Assembly (NCBI RefSeq): GCF_006345805.1
Contig: NC_042998.1
Span: 248,001 to 312,000 of the forward strand
Direction: 5' to 3'
Source: Octopus sinensis
Taxonomy: Eukaryota
Length of the DNA: 64,000 nucleotides
In this document: positions 1 to 13,512 of the stretch, one piece after another
How positions within the stretch are numbered: position 1 is the stretch's first letter
Layout of the letters: every line of letters starts with the position of its first letter
The notes under the pieces: model-generated
Seen by the model: the letters and a program-made list of their open reading frames with translations, nothing else
The model's database searches: none
What the model was told of the DNA's origin: nothing
Program-made: the position numbers and the translations under genes

Positions 1-218
1 AAGTCATGTGCCATAGTAGAAAATACTAAAACGTCTTTGCCTTTCACCTTGTCTGCTAAGTGGTTGATAGGTCTTGTCTTAGTTCTGCAATTTCCTTTAG
101 AAGCTTATCTGTGCAGTACTGATAATTTTTATCTAATTCTACACGATTAGTTTTCTTTGTGTGAGAACAAATTTACTAACATCTTTCATGTGCATTTGCC
201 TGTTTCTCCAGATAGTGG

Positions 219-255
<37 letters not shown>

Positions 256-962
256 TATCATTGAGTGAGAAAGCAGCACATACCATCAAAGTGACACTGG
301 GGCACAAATATATGAAACCCAATATACCCATCATGACTACCCATAAGAACACACCAGGTACATGCATCACAACAATATGTGCATGATATGGTCATATCAT
401 ATCAAGATAAATAGTGCATGACGTTGTGGGTGGGGTCCAGTTACAATTTTCTTGTAGTTGAGTAGCCCATGCCACTCAAAAGCTCCCTGAATAAGGGATA
501 AGGGTTGTTTAAGGATGATGAATGAAACACCCATGTTTCCAGGGGTCAATTATTCAAACCCCCAAAGAATTTTCCTCAACACATGGCTATGTTATTATTA
601 TTATTATTATTATTATTAACCATTTGTATTTAGATTAGCCTGTCAAATGTAATGTTTATTTATTATTACTGTTTTGGATCCATCATGCATTATCTTGTAA
701 CTTTGAGATTTTGATAATATGATTATTTTTAGAATAACATTGTAGAATAGGTGTAGGAGGTTGGATCTTGCAATTTTGCTGGAATATTTTGGCCAGATAT
801 GGCAGGTTTAAACACTAAAGGGTTAATATTGAAAAGGCGACTAGCTGTTAGAATCATTAACACAGTGGGCAAAATTCTTAGTGGCATTTTGTCTGTGTTA
901 ACGTTTGATGCACTTACTCTGAATTGTAAAATTGCTGGCTTTCAGACTAAATTACAAAGTTA

Positions 963-1325
963 TTATTACCTTCACCTTAGTGAAGGTGGAGGTATTGTTT
1001 TCAGTCGTGTTTGTTTGTTTGTCTGTGGACAAGATATCTCAAGAACCGCTGGATAGATTCTGATGAAACTTTCGGGAATGTTTGGTCTTGTGACTGGCAG
1101 GAACTGATTAAATTTTGGGATTGATCTCATACTGGACAAGGATTCTTGATTATTTTTCCTCTTTTTTACTTAATTTTTGAGAGAGGTCGGGTTCATTTTT
1201 AGTATTCTCGTTTGGGAGAGCAGTTGAGTTTATTTCAGATATTCTCATTTTAAAAATCATTTCTGGCTAATCGTTGAGAGGACATTGGTATTGCCTTGGC
1301 AGAGGTTTGTGCTCTGTGAGTGCTC

Positions 1326-1330
<5 letters not shown>
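963..1330 (+). mobile_element. Helentron-associated non-autonomous element (HINE/DINE-like)
   Basis: TT-ATTACCTTCACC subTIR with a short 5' inverted repeat, (GTTT)n-GTCT core, 3' GGCAGAGGT subTIR, gtgctctgtgagtgc palindrome, ends in TT. Confidence 0.7.
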
Positions 1331-1361
<31 letters not shown>

Positions 1362-1362
<1 letters not shown>

Positions 1363-2665
1363 TTTTTTTTCTTCTTTCAAATTTTCTTCCATTTCTTGCC
1401 GAGTGTCTTCCCGACTCCTAGGGCAAAGAAACTCATAGTGTATATTGGTAGGCCATTAAATCAAACTCAGTAGTTCGTTCATTTTAAAAAATTTTTTTTT
1501 TTTTTTAAAGTTAAATTAAAATACATGAGCAGCAACAGTTCTCACATCGACAATGCTCTTCTCAATACGTGTGATGTACCAGTTAAGACAATCTTTTGCA
1601 CTTCTTGCAGGGATGGTAAGCCAGGGATCATTCTCATATAATTTTCGGTTCCCTTCTTGATCATTCCTAGTGCTCCTACGATCACTGGTATTGTAACCGC
1701 CTTGAGATGCCACATTTTCTCAATTTCAATGAGTAGGTCTTTATATTTTCTGAGCTTGTCAAACTCTTTCGCTGAGATATTATGATCACAGGGGATGCTC
1801 ATGTCGATCAATAAGCAAACTTTATTGTTTTGGTCTTTCACAACAATATCTGGTTTATTGGCCTTGATGGTTCGGTCTGTATGTACTGGAAAGTCCCACA
1901 GAATGGTTACATTTTCTCCTTCAGTTACAGCCTCAGGGTGGTGATTATACCACTTGTCGGCAGTTTTGATATTGTAATGCCGACTTATTAGCCAGTGGAG
2001 ATATTGGCCAACTCTGTCATGTCTTAATTTATACTCCACTGGTGCTAAGACTTTACATCCAGAGATTAGGTGGTCCACTGTTTCAATCATGTCGTTGCAG
2101 AATCGGCATTTTGGGTCTGCTCCATTTTTCATCACATTGGCCTGGTAGTTCCGGGTTGATAGGCTTTGGTCTTGAGCAGCCAGGATGAAACCTTCGCTCT
2201 CTGCTTTTAGCCCTGAGCTCCGCAGCCACTGATGGGTTTGCTCCTGGTCAACATCAGCTTGTTTGCTGTGGGTCACATATTTGCCGTGCAGAGGTTTCTC
2301 CTCCCACCTATCAGCCAATTGCTCGTGCGCTTTTTTCATTGCCATCATTTTCACCTTCTTTGCAACAATAGTTGCCGTACTTCCCTCGGGTTGTTCAGTT
2401 TGGGTATCCTGCACGAGATCAATAGCAAATTTTTTGCTTTCCTTTATAATAGAATGAAGCTTCTTTCGTCTCTCGTGATTTTCCACGAGCTTTAGCATCC
2501 AGTCATTCGATATTTCGAGATATTTGGCCAGTCCAATTGTGGTTGTTTTGTAAGCTAGTTCAAATTGGATCAGGCCTCGACCTCCTTGGGCTCTGGGAAG
2601 GTAAAGGCGATCTACGTCTGCCTTTGGGTGGTGCATCCTATTACAACTCAGCAGCTTGCGTATTT
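1362..2665 (-). mobile_element. Second copy of the R4/Dong-type element, more strongly 5'-truncated
   Basis: ORF 1542..2636 is intact from HHPKAD to RRALSM*, with CCHC and PD-(D/E)xK motifs. Near-identical to 48040-49322. Flanked by (TTA)n at about 1328-1361 and 2666-2752. Confidence 0.9.
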
Positions 2666-2675
2666 TTTATTATTA

Positions 2676-2736
<61 letters not shown>

Positions 2737-3525
2737 CATTATTATCCTTATTATTTGAATGTCTGAAAGTATTATGAGACTTTACTATTTTGAGTATTTC
2801 AATATTTATTTATACAGGAATTCAGTTTTGCTGTCTAGGCTGAGTTGTTTGAAATTATTAAGTTACTTTCCATAACATTTACATGTATATAATATACACC
2901 AACATATGCATATATTGTATATCATGATGATATGCAATGTATGCATATACATATATTAATATATATACACACACACATATGTATATAAATATATAAACAT
3001 ATATATTAATATCTAAAAATTAATATTTCATTTCAATAATTAAATTTTAACTTTAATATTCACATTTCCTAGAGTATGATGTATGTAAGTCCTTACATAA
3101 ATATCTGATTTCATTATTATGAAATGGTTCTGTAGGCAAGTCTCTTCCTATGTCTCATGCACTCTGAGGTTAGGTCATAGTGATATATTGAAATATATAT
3201 TGAGAAATACCTATAATATATATATATATAATATATATATATATGTGCACTTATATACATATATATGAATATAATATGCTTATAGATTCATATATAAACA
3301 CATATGCACACATACATACATACATAAATGCAAGTGTGTAGCAGAAGAGAAGTCTGTGGTAAGCTGTTTTTATTTTATACTTCACTTCATTTTACTTACA
3401 TTGCTAATAAAATAATCTCATTCTGCCTTCACTATAGATAGCTTTAGGCCTGTGCATTACTAATATCATTGTTGTTGTTGTTGTTGTTATTATTATTATT
3501 ATTATCATCCTTACTTTTAGTCATA

Positions 3526-4042
3526 TCTATATATATAAAACTGTAGTTGTGTGAGTGTCTGTCTCCTACGATTTAGATTCCTAACTCCTCCCACATTTTG
3601 CGGTGCAGTTTAGCCAAATTCGGGTATCTTATAGTCGTGATTAATATCAAGCCCGTCTGGCTATTAGCACACGTCTACAATGAGTCTACGATTTTAAAAA
3701 TAATTTAACATCATTTTTTATTCCATTTTAATGCATAATTTTCCGTGTGTCGATGGCGGCGGAGTTGGCGTCCACGCTCAAACACCTGCACCTGTGTTTG
3801 CTTCTCCCCCTTCTTCCCTCCCTCGTGAAGCTGTGGGGAAGGGAGTTTAAGGAAATTAATGTCGTAATGCGTTGTCAAGGAGACCAGCGTTCTTTTAGAA
3901 CAACGACTTCATGGCTTGAAGACACCAAAACAGAAATGGCTAAGAAAGCCCGAATTGGCATCTATAAGGGAAGTAACTCTCTAAAAATGCTTATATAGTT
4001 ATTTCCCTTACAAACCCGAGCAACGCCGGGCGATACTGCTAG
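3526..4042 (+). mobile_element. Non-autonomous Helitron (517 bp)
   Basis: A|TC start (tctatatatataaaa), subterminal hairpin cccgagcaacgccggg, CTAG|T end, no TSD. Confidence 0.85.
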
Positions 4043-4270
4043 TTATTATTAAAGTGGTGAACTGGTAGAGTCATTAGCATGCTTAGTCGCATTTCTTCTG
4101 GCTTCATGGTCTGAGTTCAAATGCCACAAAAGTAGATTTAGCTTTTTATTTTTTGGGGCTCAATGAAATGAGTATCAGTCAAATGCTGGTGTTGATGTAA
4201 TTGACTAATCCCTCTACCAAATTTCAGGCCTAGTGTCTCTCATAGAAAGGATTATTATTACTATTATTAC

Positions 4271-4303
<33 letters not shown>

Positions 4304-4993
4304 GAAGCTGTTACATGGTATTGCTGTTAAAATCCATTTAATTATGCTTCCTATCAGACTACATTTTAAGGAACTTAAATGAGAAATATTCTTGTCCCTT
4401 CCTCTATTATGAGCCTTCTATGCGCTGTTTTTACTTTGCCTCAAGGACTTTCCAGATAATTTTGGTTAATACCCATAAATATATTATTACTATTATAAAT
4501 AGTATTATCGAGGAAGGTGGACTGCAGAACTGGTAGGTATGAGATAAAATGCAGTATATTATTTTACTGTATTCTTTATATTTTGAGTTCAAAATCTCGC
4601 TCAAGTTGACTTTTATTGTGAATTTCTTTGAGTGTTGATCTAAATAAGTTCCAGTTACATACTGGAGTGGATTTAACCAGTTACTCTCCTAGAAATATAT
4701 ACCAATTTCACCTAGAAATATATGGCTTTGTATCAAAGTTAGATATCATTATTATATTCATCATCACCACCAAGATGTGGTTAAGGAGCTCACTAGGTAG
4801 CCACATGGTTTCAGGTTCAGTTCCTCTGCATGGTACTGTAGGCAAGTGTCTTCTACTACAGCTCCAGGCCAACCAATGCATCAAGAAACTGTGAAAGTCT
4901 GTTTTATATATACATATGTGTGTGCGTGTGTGTGGGTGTGTGTATACATATAAATACACACATATATATGTGTATTTTTATATATATTCTAGC

Positions 4994-5041
4994 AAAAACT
5001 GTCCGATGAACGGCAACGGGAAACTCAGAGTAACAGGTTTT
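4994..5041 (+). ncRNA. Minimal type-I hammerhead ribozyme motif (Penelope-type), degenerate
   Basis: Stem I aaaaactgt/acaggtttt, core CCGATGA (U4C), stem II with a GCAA loop, GAAA, near-palindromic stem III ACTC-A-GAGT, GTA triplet. Confidence 0.65.
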
Positions 5042-5139
5042 GTTGAATTTTCTGCTGCTTTAAATAAAGCATATTACTCTACCACTGGTATTTGAGTACT
5101 CTTTTTTCCACCTTGTTTCACATTTATGTGTTTACTCCG

Positions 5140-5319
5140 GTATATATATATATATATATACATATAAATATATTTATATATATACATATATATATAAATA
5201 AATAAATATAAATATATGTAAATAAATATATATAAATATGTATATAAATATATATATATATGTATATAAATATGTATATAAATATATATATAATATATAT
5301 ATATATGTATATAAATATG

Positions 5320-5360
<41 letters not shown>

Positions 5361-5395
5361 ATATTTATAAAAATACATACATGCATATATACACA
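5140..5395. repeat. Complex (TA)-rich microsatellite. (TA)n, (TAA)n, (CA)n, (GA)n and (TGA)n tracts recur across the window, e.g. 20520-20635, 26228-26313, 46240-46360
   Basis: Directly visible. Confidence 0.95.
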
Positions 5396-7080
5396 TATGT
5401 TTTTAGAGTGTTTTTCATGCAACCAGATATTTAAATATTTAAGTTTTAAATTGTTGAAGTATATGTTTTCATATCAGTTTATTTTCTAACACAAACTGCT
5501 TCACTATGGAAGTCAATTCTTTGAATTTAAGTAATGCATCTTAGTTCAGGACCTAACAAAATGCCTATACATAGAAGTAAATTTAATAGCTTTTGAGAAT
5601 GAAGTGAAACAACTGAATATCCTTGATAAGGACCCTAATTAATTAGTCAATATTATTACAACAGATATGAATTATGAAGATGATATTTAAGAGAAAACTA
5701 AAAATAGATTTCTCTGATGAATATGGTGAAAACAAAATGGACAGTTGTCAAGATGTTAGTTGAGAAATCATACCTAATCATACAAGATGTTAGTTAAAAA
5801 TGGAAAACTGGAATTCCAACATGCAGAGAAAAACAGCCATTTCACATATGCAATATTTTCAGCATTGACCTCAGAATTGCTTATTTAGATAGCAGAAGAT
5901 GAAAAAACAAAAAGCAAAAACACCCATTAGTATGGAATGAAAAACTTACAATCAAAATGCTGACAAAATTAAAATTACTTTTAAATGCATTTCTTATTAG
6001 TCAAGATTCAAAACTATTTAATAGGACCACAGAAAGCAGGTTTCTTAATTTTTCTTCCCACCGTATTGGTGTTATTTGATTTGCACACATATATATATAT
6101 ATATATATATATGAACTAATATAATATCTGGTCTTCCATGTTAGCACAAAATATCCTGAAAGATCATACCAACACTTCACAACTTACAAAATCAAACAAG
6201 ATGCAAACTGATCAGATTATCCTAATGCACTTGCCAAAACCAATCAATCATTCGATAGCAGAATGTAAAGAGCCGTTCCAGGAACAGAACAAGAACAACA
6301 GTAACAGCAAAAACCAGATGTATTCAATGTTAGAGCAAAGGCATTTCATTGACAATTTCCATGTCATGAATTTAATCAATCAGAACTGACTGAAGTTGGT
6401 TAGCAGCAGGAACAGCAATGTCCTGGATAGAATTACTTATCATTAAAGATACACAATGCAGAGTATGAAAGTAATATGTTCTCACACTAAAATGAATGCA
6501 CACATTTAGAACTACAAGGTACAACAACCTCTACTAATTATAAGGGCAGAATAGATATGTTTGAAAATAAATGTCAGCGATAGTGTGTATATGTATGTAT
6601 GTGAGCAGGACATTAATGATAGCCTACTGAAATATTAGAATTAAATGCAATCATATGATTATAGACCGTTTAGTATGTAGCAAGAGAACTACTGAAAGTA
6701 GTGTATTAATAGAAAGTCAAAACAATAAGATTGTTTATAAAAACAAGATTTTTCATTGATTCTTTTTTTTTTTTTTAAGATAAATCTTATTGATAAATGA
6801 CATATAAAGAGGGAGATCAAAAATTCCAAATTTTGTACAGGATTTGAGAAAAACATATGAAACGGGAAAAGAAACCCCAGAAACATGCATACATAAAAAC
6901 ATGGAGTCATCATACACATTGGTAAGATTGGTAAACACAGTGCACAGAACATGTTACAAAACAATATTTAATATGTATAAACATGAATACAAACGAAGTT
7001 AAATAAGCTACAATCTTATTAGTGTATTTTTTTAAGTGTATATAATTTATAAAGATGGGTATAAGAAAATTTTATTTTAC

Positions 7081-7200
7081 CTTTGCAGTGGGTACCATTT
7101 CCATGGAATCCAGACTTACACTGGCAGATGTATCTTGTTGTGAGATTCACACAAGTTGCATTGACATGACAATTATGGTCTAATGCACAAAAATTGGTTC
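7081..7200 (-). CDS. NELL: NELL-family exon: EGF-like domain 1 (TNFCALDHNCHVNATCVNLTTRYICQCKSGFHGNGTHCK)
   Basis: Inside ORF 7019..7228. Acceptor ttttttttccAG, donor GTAAAA, 120 nt, phase 1 to 1. Six-Cys EGF spacing, and the G-x-NFCA start resembles NELL1 GHNFCA. Confidence 0.93.
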
Positions 7201-7949
7201 CTGGAAAAAAAATAATATCAGTCAACATTGCTAAAATGGCTCAGGTTTTCTGTGAGTAAACAAAACATTTAAATCAGTCCGAATATGTTTGGGACATATT
7301 TGAGCTGTACAAACTGCTATTTGCCATTTTTACCCACTCTTGGTAAGAATGAATCTAATATCCAAAACTTCTTTGAAGCTAATATTTCTGACAGCTGGAG
7401 TGATAAGATAAAAAGCAACAAACAGAATAAAACCATAGTGATATAAATGAAGATGGATCTTGGTCAGAATTTCCAACCATGAATGTTCAATTGTTCAACC
7501 AACTAAAATACTAGACCCATTGAATTAGCATGGAGCTGGCTGAGTATTCCACATATACACACATTCTTATTGTAATTCTCATGTGGCATCAGCAGGACTC
7601 AAAGTTACAAGGCTGCACCATTAAATTACTGGTAAAATCTATCCAGGAGGTTTCCACATAATATCCATTTATCCAGTTTCACGCACAAGGTATAGGTTGA
7701 CCAAAGGCTAAAGAAAATGACATCATTTGCCTCAGTTGCCATACAACAATATTGAAACTTTGTCCTTACTTCTTAATTATTTCATTATACAGCACCTAAC
7801 TGCAGAATAACCAGTTTGTGAAATAACAATCCTACTTACTAAAATTCAATCAATCAGACAATTGTAGATATCAGATTTCTAACTATGCACAGGATAACAT
7901 TATACCTCTGGGTAATTGTAATAAACAGAAGCGAATACCAATACATTAG

Positions 7950-7987
<38 letters not shown>

Positions 7988-9248
7988 CTCAAGTTTAAAC
8001 CTCTTGAGCACCACTAAGTGTATTTCTATCTAGAGAATATATGATTCTCAGCAATGAATTACACACACACACATACACACATATGTAAGCATGTGTGTAC
8101 ACATACACCTTTAGTTTATTATATAAAGTATGTTAGCTCCATTTTGACATATCATTTTTATACAGAAGGCATTCTTGAGAAAAATTTCCCATGTATTTTA
8201 ACTTCCTAATGAGTGAATAAGTTTTTGTCTAAAATGCTGATTATCTTCCCATAGTTGTCCTAAAGTTTGGTAAATATATGTAAGAGTATGTTTCACTGAG
8301 GAGGTCTAATAAGATTGAGACATAGCATTATACCTGCACTGGCCAAAGATCAGACTTACTCCTTACAGGAAACCACAAAACAATTTTAAATCAATTTGAA
8401 TTTTGAAGTTGTCTCCTTTGCCTTTAAAGAAGAATTATTGTTAATATTAATGACTTTCTTATCATTATAGGTATAATTTTAATTCATTAAAATTTTTAAT
8501 GGCTAAGTAATTAAATATGGTAGCCCCTTCCACCTAAGTACATGATCTTCAAGCAGAAAGTATTCCTTTGAATGTCATTATTTTATAAGTCAGAGGAAAG
8601 GGAAAAACAGGATTTGAAATAACATATAAAGTTCTTTTTGCTGAGCTTTCTACCTTTTCTGGCAACTTACACAGATTAACATGAAATACATTCAAAGACT
8701 AGGAAGACAGCCGAAACAGTAGATCATCCTTTGGTTAAGGTAGATCTTTCATCCCTTATTTCCCATATAAATTCTCATTGAGAGCAACTTTATCTGACAT
8801 TCTCCTGATAATGTCAAAGAAATATTTACGACAGAAATCTCTTGGGAATATTGATCTGGGATGAGCATATCTATTCATTATCTTTTATCACATTTCTGGC
8901 TTCTGGTAAAAATGTTTATTGCCTTTTTCTTCCAGTGTCTTATAAATTTAGCAAAATTAGTTATTGAAAAATTACAATTCCTCAGATTTCTTGATGAAAG
9001 TGTTAGCTAGGCCTCATATGTATCTCATATGTGGTAAAGTTAATTCAGTTATTTAATTCCAAGAGATCTGTATTCCATCAGATTAAGAATATGCAAACAA
9101 ATACAAATATAACACACATGCATATATATACAGTAAAAATATGTAACATCAAACACTATATTTTTCTTCAATTGTTTCGAATTTCAATTGCTGAATAGAT
9201 ATATATTATAAAAATGTATGTTCATTATTGGAACATGTATGCACTGTT

Positions 9249-9283
<35 letters not shown>

Positions 9284-10019
9284 ATATATATATATGTATA
9301 TATATGTATATACACACACACATATACATGCATATAATCAGTCAGTTGTTCATAAGTCTGAAAAAAGCATATAAAATGTTCTGGAGCAGTGATATTTTAT
9401 GTAGTAATTGGTTATGGTTGGTCAGAAAGCAGGGAAGCCCATGTCTCCAACATAAATTTTCTCTCATGAGGGCACTTACTGGGCTTCTCTACTTGCTGTC
9501 AAGTGAATAGAAATCATACAAAAACTAACTCCTTTTTAAGACAACTGGACAAACCTTTTGAAGACAACCATTCAAAGGAAGGTAACTCCATCTTGCCCAG
9601 AAGGAGTTTTTGCTTCAAAGAATTTCATTTCAGGCATTTATTTCACAACCTTGCTGACCAAGACTGTATCCTTCTTTTAGTAAAAAGGTTATGTGCCTCT
9701 AACTAGTAGGTTTGATGAGTCATCTATACTGCTAAGAGCAATAATAGACGTGAAACCAATGGTAATTCTCTGACCAGCAATAACCAACACATAAAATATA
9801 TAATATACATATCACAAGAGGAGAGGTTGGCAAAAAAGCCACACTTGCAAGCTTTATTTCAGTTTATGTGCCTATCCTTATCATGAATGTTGGGTAAAGA
9901 CAGAAAGAATGTGATTGCAAATACAAGCAGTCAAAATGAGGTTTCACCAAAAGATCTTTGGAGTAAGGTTACTTTATAGGGTATATAGCTCAGAGATCAT
10001 GGAGTCTGTCCAGGTTGAG

Positions 10020-10315
10020 CTGGTACTTCTTTGTATTGAAAGGGCACAGCTCAGGTACTATGCACATGTGATTAGAATGTTGTAGGAAAGAATTGCAAAA
10101 CAGAGTCTTCAAGCTGAGCCAACCAGCAAGAGACCTAGGGGTAGACCTAGAATGAGATTGCTGGATAATATCCATAGTCCCAGTTGGCTACACTTGGGGA
10201 ACCAACTGAAATGTCTAATGATGATTGCTTGTGATAGAACCCTTTGGTGAAGTTGCCTGAGGACTCTACTACCATGAATCTCCCAAGAATAACAAACTAA
10301 GAAGATAGATGGATA
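10020..10315 (+). mobile_element. Degraded RTE (Expander/Rex3-like) 3' end
   Basis: Reads LLCIERAQLRYYAHVIRM...KRPRGRPRMRL.D, the C-terminal RTE motif. Confidence 0.6.
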
Positions 10316-11049
10316 TATATATATATATGATGATATAAATAAAACTGGCACTCTGTCAGTTATGACAATGAGGGTTTGATCCAAAATTAACATGCAAGTG
10401 GCTGAGCACTCCACAGACACATATACCCTTAATGTGGTCCTCAGGGAGATGCAGCATGACACATATACATATACAGCACCTGACCAGTTATCCAGCAAAA
10501 TTGGGGCCTGAAGTGACCAAGATTTCTGGATTTTCCAGTTTTCTGAAGACTGCCTAAATATAAACTTAAAATATAAAATAAACTGAAAGGTTTATTTAAG
10601 AGCTAAGCCGTATGTAACAGATTCATTTCATTACATTTCTAAAGCAGGGTCTGTTTGAGATCTATTAATCCACTTAAAATTTTTAAGATAAATCATTCTG
10701 CATCACGTATAGAGTACAATGTTTATAGGGTGAAAATTTAACAAAGAAAAATAAAGTACATGATATTATTTAAAAGATACAAGTACGAATTAATACACTT
10801 CTGATGTAGGGTTAAATCTTTGTCAATCCACTTAAGAAATTAAAGAACAATACTATTTTTAACACACCGTATGCAAATTAACCAACTTCAAAAAACAGGG
10901 TCCATTTACTCAATTCAGGGTACAATATATTGTACAGTATTCTTGGATTTCTGGAAACTGGATAAAAGGTTTGACACTGTATATGTATTCAATATTTGTA
11001 CACTGGTATTTGTACTTTGTGTGAGATTATAATTTGTCAAAATACCTAC

Positions 11050-11149
11050 CATTGCATATTGGGCAGCATTCTCCATCAATATATATTCTACTGTCCTTTG
11101 AGCAATTTAGTTCAGGGCATGAAGTCTGGTTACAAACTATGCTTGCATT
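11050..11149 (-). CDS. NELL: NELL-family exon: second half of vWC-2 (NASIVCNQTSCPELNCSKDSRIYIDGECCPICN)
   Basis: Inside ORF 11027..11260. Acceptor ctatttcAG, donor GTAGGT, 100 nt, phase 0 to 1. CPxLNC...CCPxC vWC pattern. Confidence 0.92.
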
Positions 11150-11510
11150 CTGAAATAGTGAAATATCAAAAGCAAACAAGACAAAATAGATTATATAAAA
11201 AAAGAAACAATAACAATATTCATGTTTTACAAATTTATAGCAATATAAACAAGAGTGCATTTTGCACCAAGAGCCAATATGAGAGTGTCTGTCATAGTAT
11301 CTACCTCTGTATAGTTTGTTCTAACAGAACATCCATGTTTAAGTGGGGATAAATTTTACCTTCTGGTATTAATACTGTTTCTGTTGCTAATATATATTTT
11401 TTTAACAAGCTCACTGGCTAATTGTGACAGCAGTGCTTGTTCTGACACTGTTTTTCTATATATTGCTGATAGGGAGATGAGTTACTGCTACCTCTAGTGG
11501 TCAAGTGTTC

Positions 11511-11548
11511 ATCATTGACGAGACCAAGGAAGGTCGAAATCATGTGAT
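11511..11548 (+). ncRNA. Hammerhead-like motif, degenerate
   Basis: atca-TTGACGA-gacc-aaggaa-ggtc-GAAA-tcatg-tgat. The cleavage triplet is not NUH. Confidence 0.45.
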
Positions 11549-12236
11549 CTGGTCATCTCGGCACTGGAGATGGCAAAGTTTCATCTCCCCACTAGTGATA
11601 TAAATAGGAGTGTTTTTTGCACCAAAAGCCAATATAGTATCTACTGCAGTGGATACTATATTGTTTGTTCTAACAACATCCATGTTTAAGTGCAGATAAA
11701 TTTATAAATATTGCTTTCTTTTACCATTTCTTTGCTTCAGTCATTGGACTCTGGCCATGCAGGGACACTGGACACTGCCTTGAAAAGTTTTTTGTCAAAC
11801 AGAACAAATAAACTCCAATATTTATTTAAGCATGGCACTTAATCTATCAGTCTCTTTTGTCGAACTGCTAGGCTATGTGGGTATAAACAAACCAGCACCA
11901 CTTGTCAAGAAGTGAGTGGACAGATCCCCAAAATAAAGACACACACACATATATATGATGGGTGTCTTTCAGTTTCTGTCAAGCAAATTCACACACAAGA
12001 CTTTGATCAACCTGGGGCTATAGAAGAAGACACTTGGCCACGGTGCCACATAGTAAGTCTGAAACCAAATGTATGTGGTTGGGAAGCAAACCTCTCACCA
12101 TACAGCCATGCCTACATCTGATAATTTTATTGATAAATCAGTGGGGAAACTATTTTTAAATCAATGGAGGGACCACAGAGGATTTATTCAAAGTATAACA
12201 CACATACAAGGAATAAAAAAAAGAGACAAAGAAGAA

Positions 12237-12272
<36 letters not shown>

Positions 12273-12632
12273 GGGGAAAACGAGTGAGAGGTGGTGAGGA
12301 GGTTTCTTTGTCAGAGTAATATTCCATAGAACAATGTTTTGTCTACAATAGTTTTGACCTTGAACAATTAATCTGCTACTGTATATGGCTAAGTATTTAT
12401 TCATTATTTTTCTACATTTATAGTCTTAAAAAATACTATAAAAGTCAAAAGAGGTGGAGGAGAGAAATCTGCTACAGAACTTAACCTTTTTCACACTGAC
12501 GTATCTGAAACTGCTTTGAGGTCTTTTATATAAATTCTGCCGTTTTCAATTGTTGAAAGTTAAACTAAAATCTTCCACTTTTTTTATCCCAAGTTAAATT
12601 CCAAATTTATAACGAAAGTTATTTTACTAATA

Positions 12633-12794
12633 GGCACAGGAGTGGCTGTATGGTAAGTAGCTTGCTTACCAACCACATGGCTCTGGGTTCAGTCCCACTG
12701 CGTGGTACTTTGGACAAGTGTCTTCTATTATAGTCTTGGGCCAACCAAAGCCTTGTGGGTTGATTTGGTAGACGGAAACTGAAAGAAGCCCATC

Positions 12795-12842
<48 letters not shown>

Positions 12843-13033
12843 TTGTCCCCACAACATCGCTTGACAACCGATGCTGATGTGTTTACGTCCCCGTAACTTA
12901 GCGGTTCGGCAAAAGAGACTGATAGAATAAGTACTAGGCTTACAAAGAATAAGTCCTGGTGTTGATTTGCTCGACTAAAGGTGGTGCTCCAGCATGGCCG
13001 CAGTCAAATGACTGAAACAAGTAAAAGAGTAAA
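12633..13033 (+). mobile_element. tRNA-headed SINE family A with internal (TA)n(TG)n; other copies include 50188-50584 +, 21241-21613 -, 35662-36048 -, 11720-12115 -, 63300-63685 -
   Basis: Head ggcacaggagtggctgtatggtaag...gggttcagtcc (A/B-box-like), central microsatellite, tail ggtgctccagcatggccgcagtcaaatgactgaaacaagtaaaagag. At least 10 dispersed copies in the window. Confidence 0.85.
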
Positions 13034-13401
13034 TCTTACCAAATTCTTGGTTATTTTCAGAATTAAATGAAACATGGAGTTATCATCATTGTCATTTTTT
13101 TAACATCCACTCTTCCATGCATAGGACAGACAGAATTTATTGAGGCAGATTTTCTACAACTGAATGCTTTTCCTTTTACTAACCTTCACCTGTTTCCAAT
13201 CAAGATAATATTTCCCCATGGCTAGACATGTTTTTGAAAGATATTGAAACTGAATGACACCTCTTGTATGGCAGTGACACTCATTTACAACTATCACGTG
13301 ATATCAAAACAAGGAAACACCAATATACACATGCATATATAAATACACATACACACACACGTGTATGTATATATATATATATATACATACACACACACGT
13401 G

Positions 13402-13436
<35 letters not shown>

Positions 13437-13512
13437 GCTAGACTACTGGTGTTAAATTGATGTTATCAAATTAATATCCAATTTTTCTCCCTCATTTAAA
13501 ATTTTAACTCAT

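Noticed and set aside
5124-5489. YI-repeat ORFs, and similar poly-I/L/N/RE ORFs at 2537-2777, 20470-20689, 24495-25470, 26093-26609 and 45992-46474
   Set aside because: These are translations of microsatellites.
5640-6520. A-rich stretch resembling a decayed retroelement ORF
   Set aside because: No diagnostic motif is recoverable by eye, so it is left unassigned.
8690-8730. ...aggaagacagccgaaacagta, a possible Penelope-type end
   Set aside because: The core and stems are too degraded to draw a fold.
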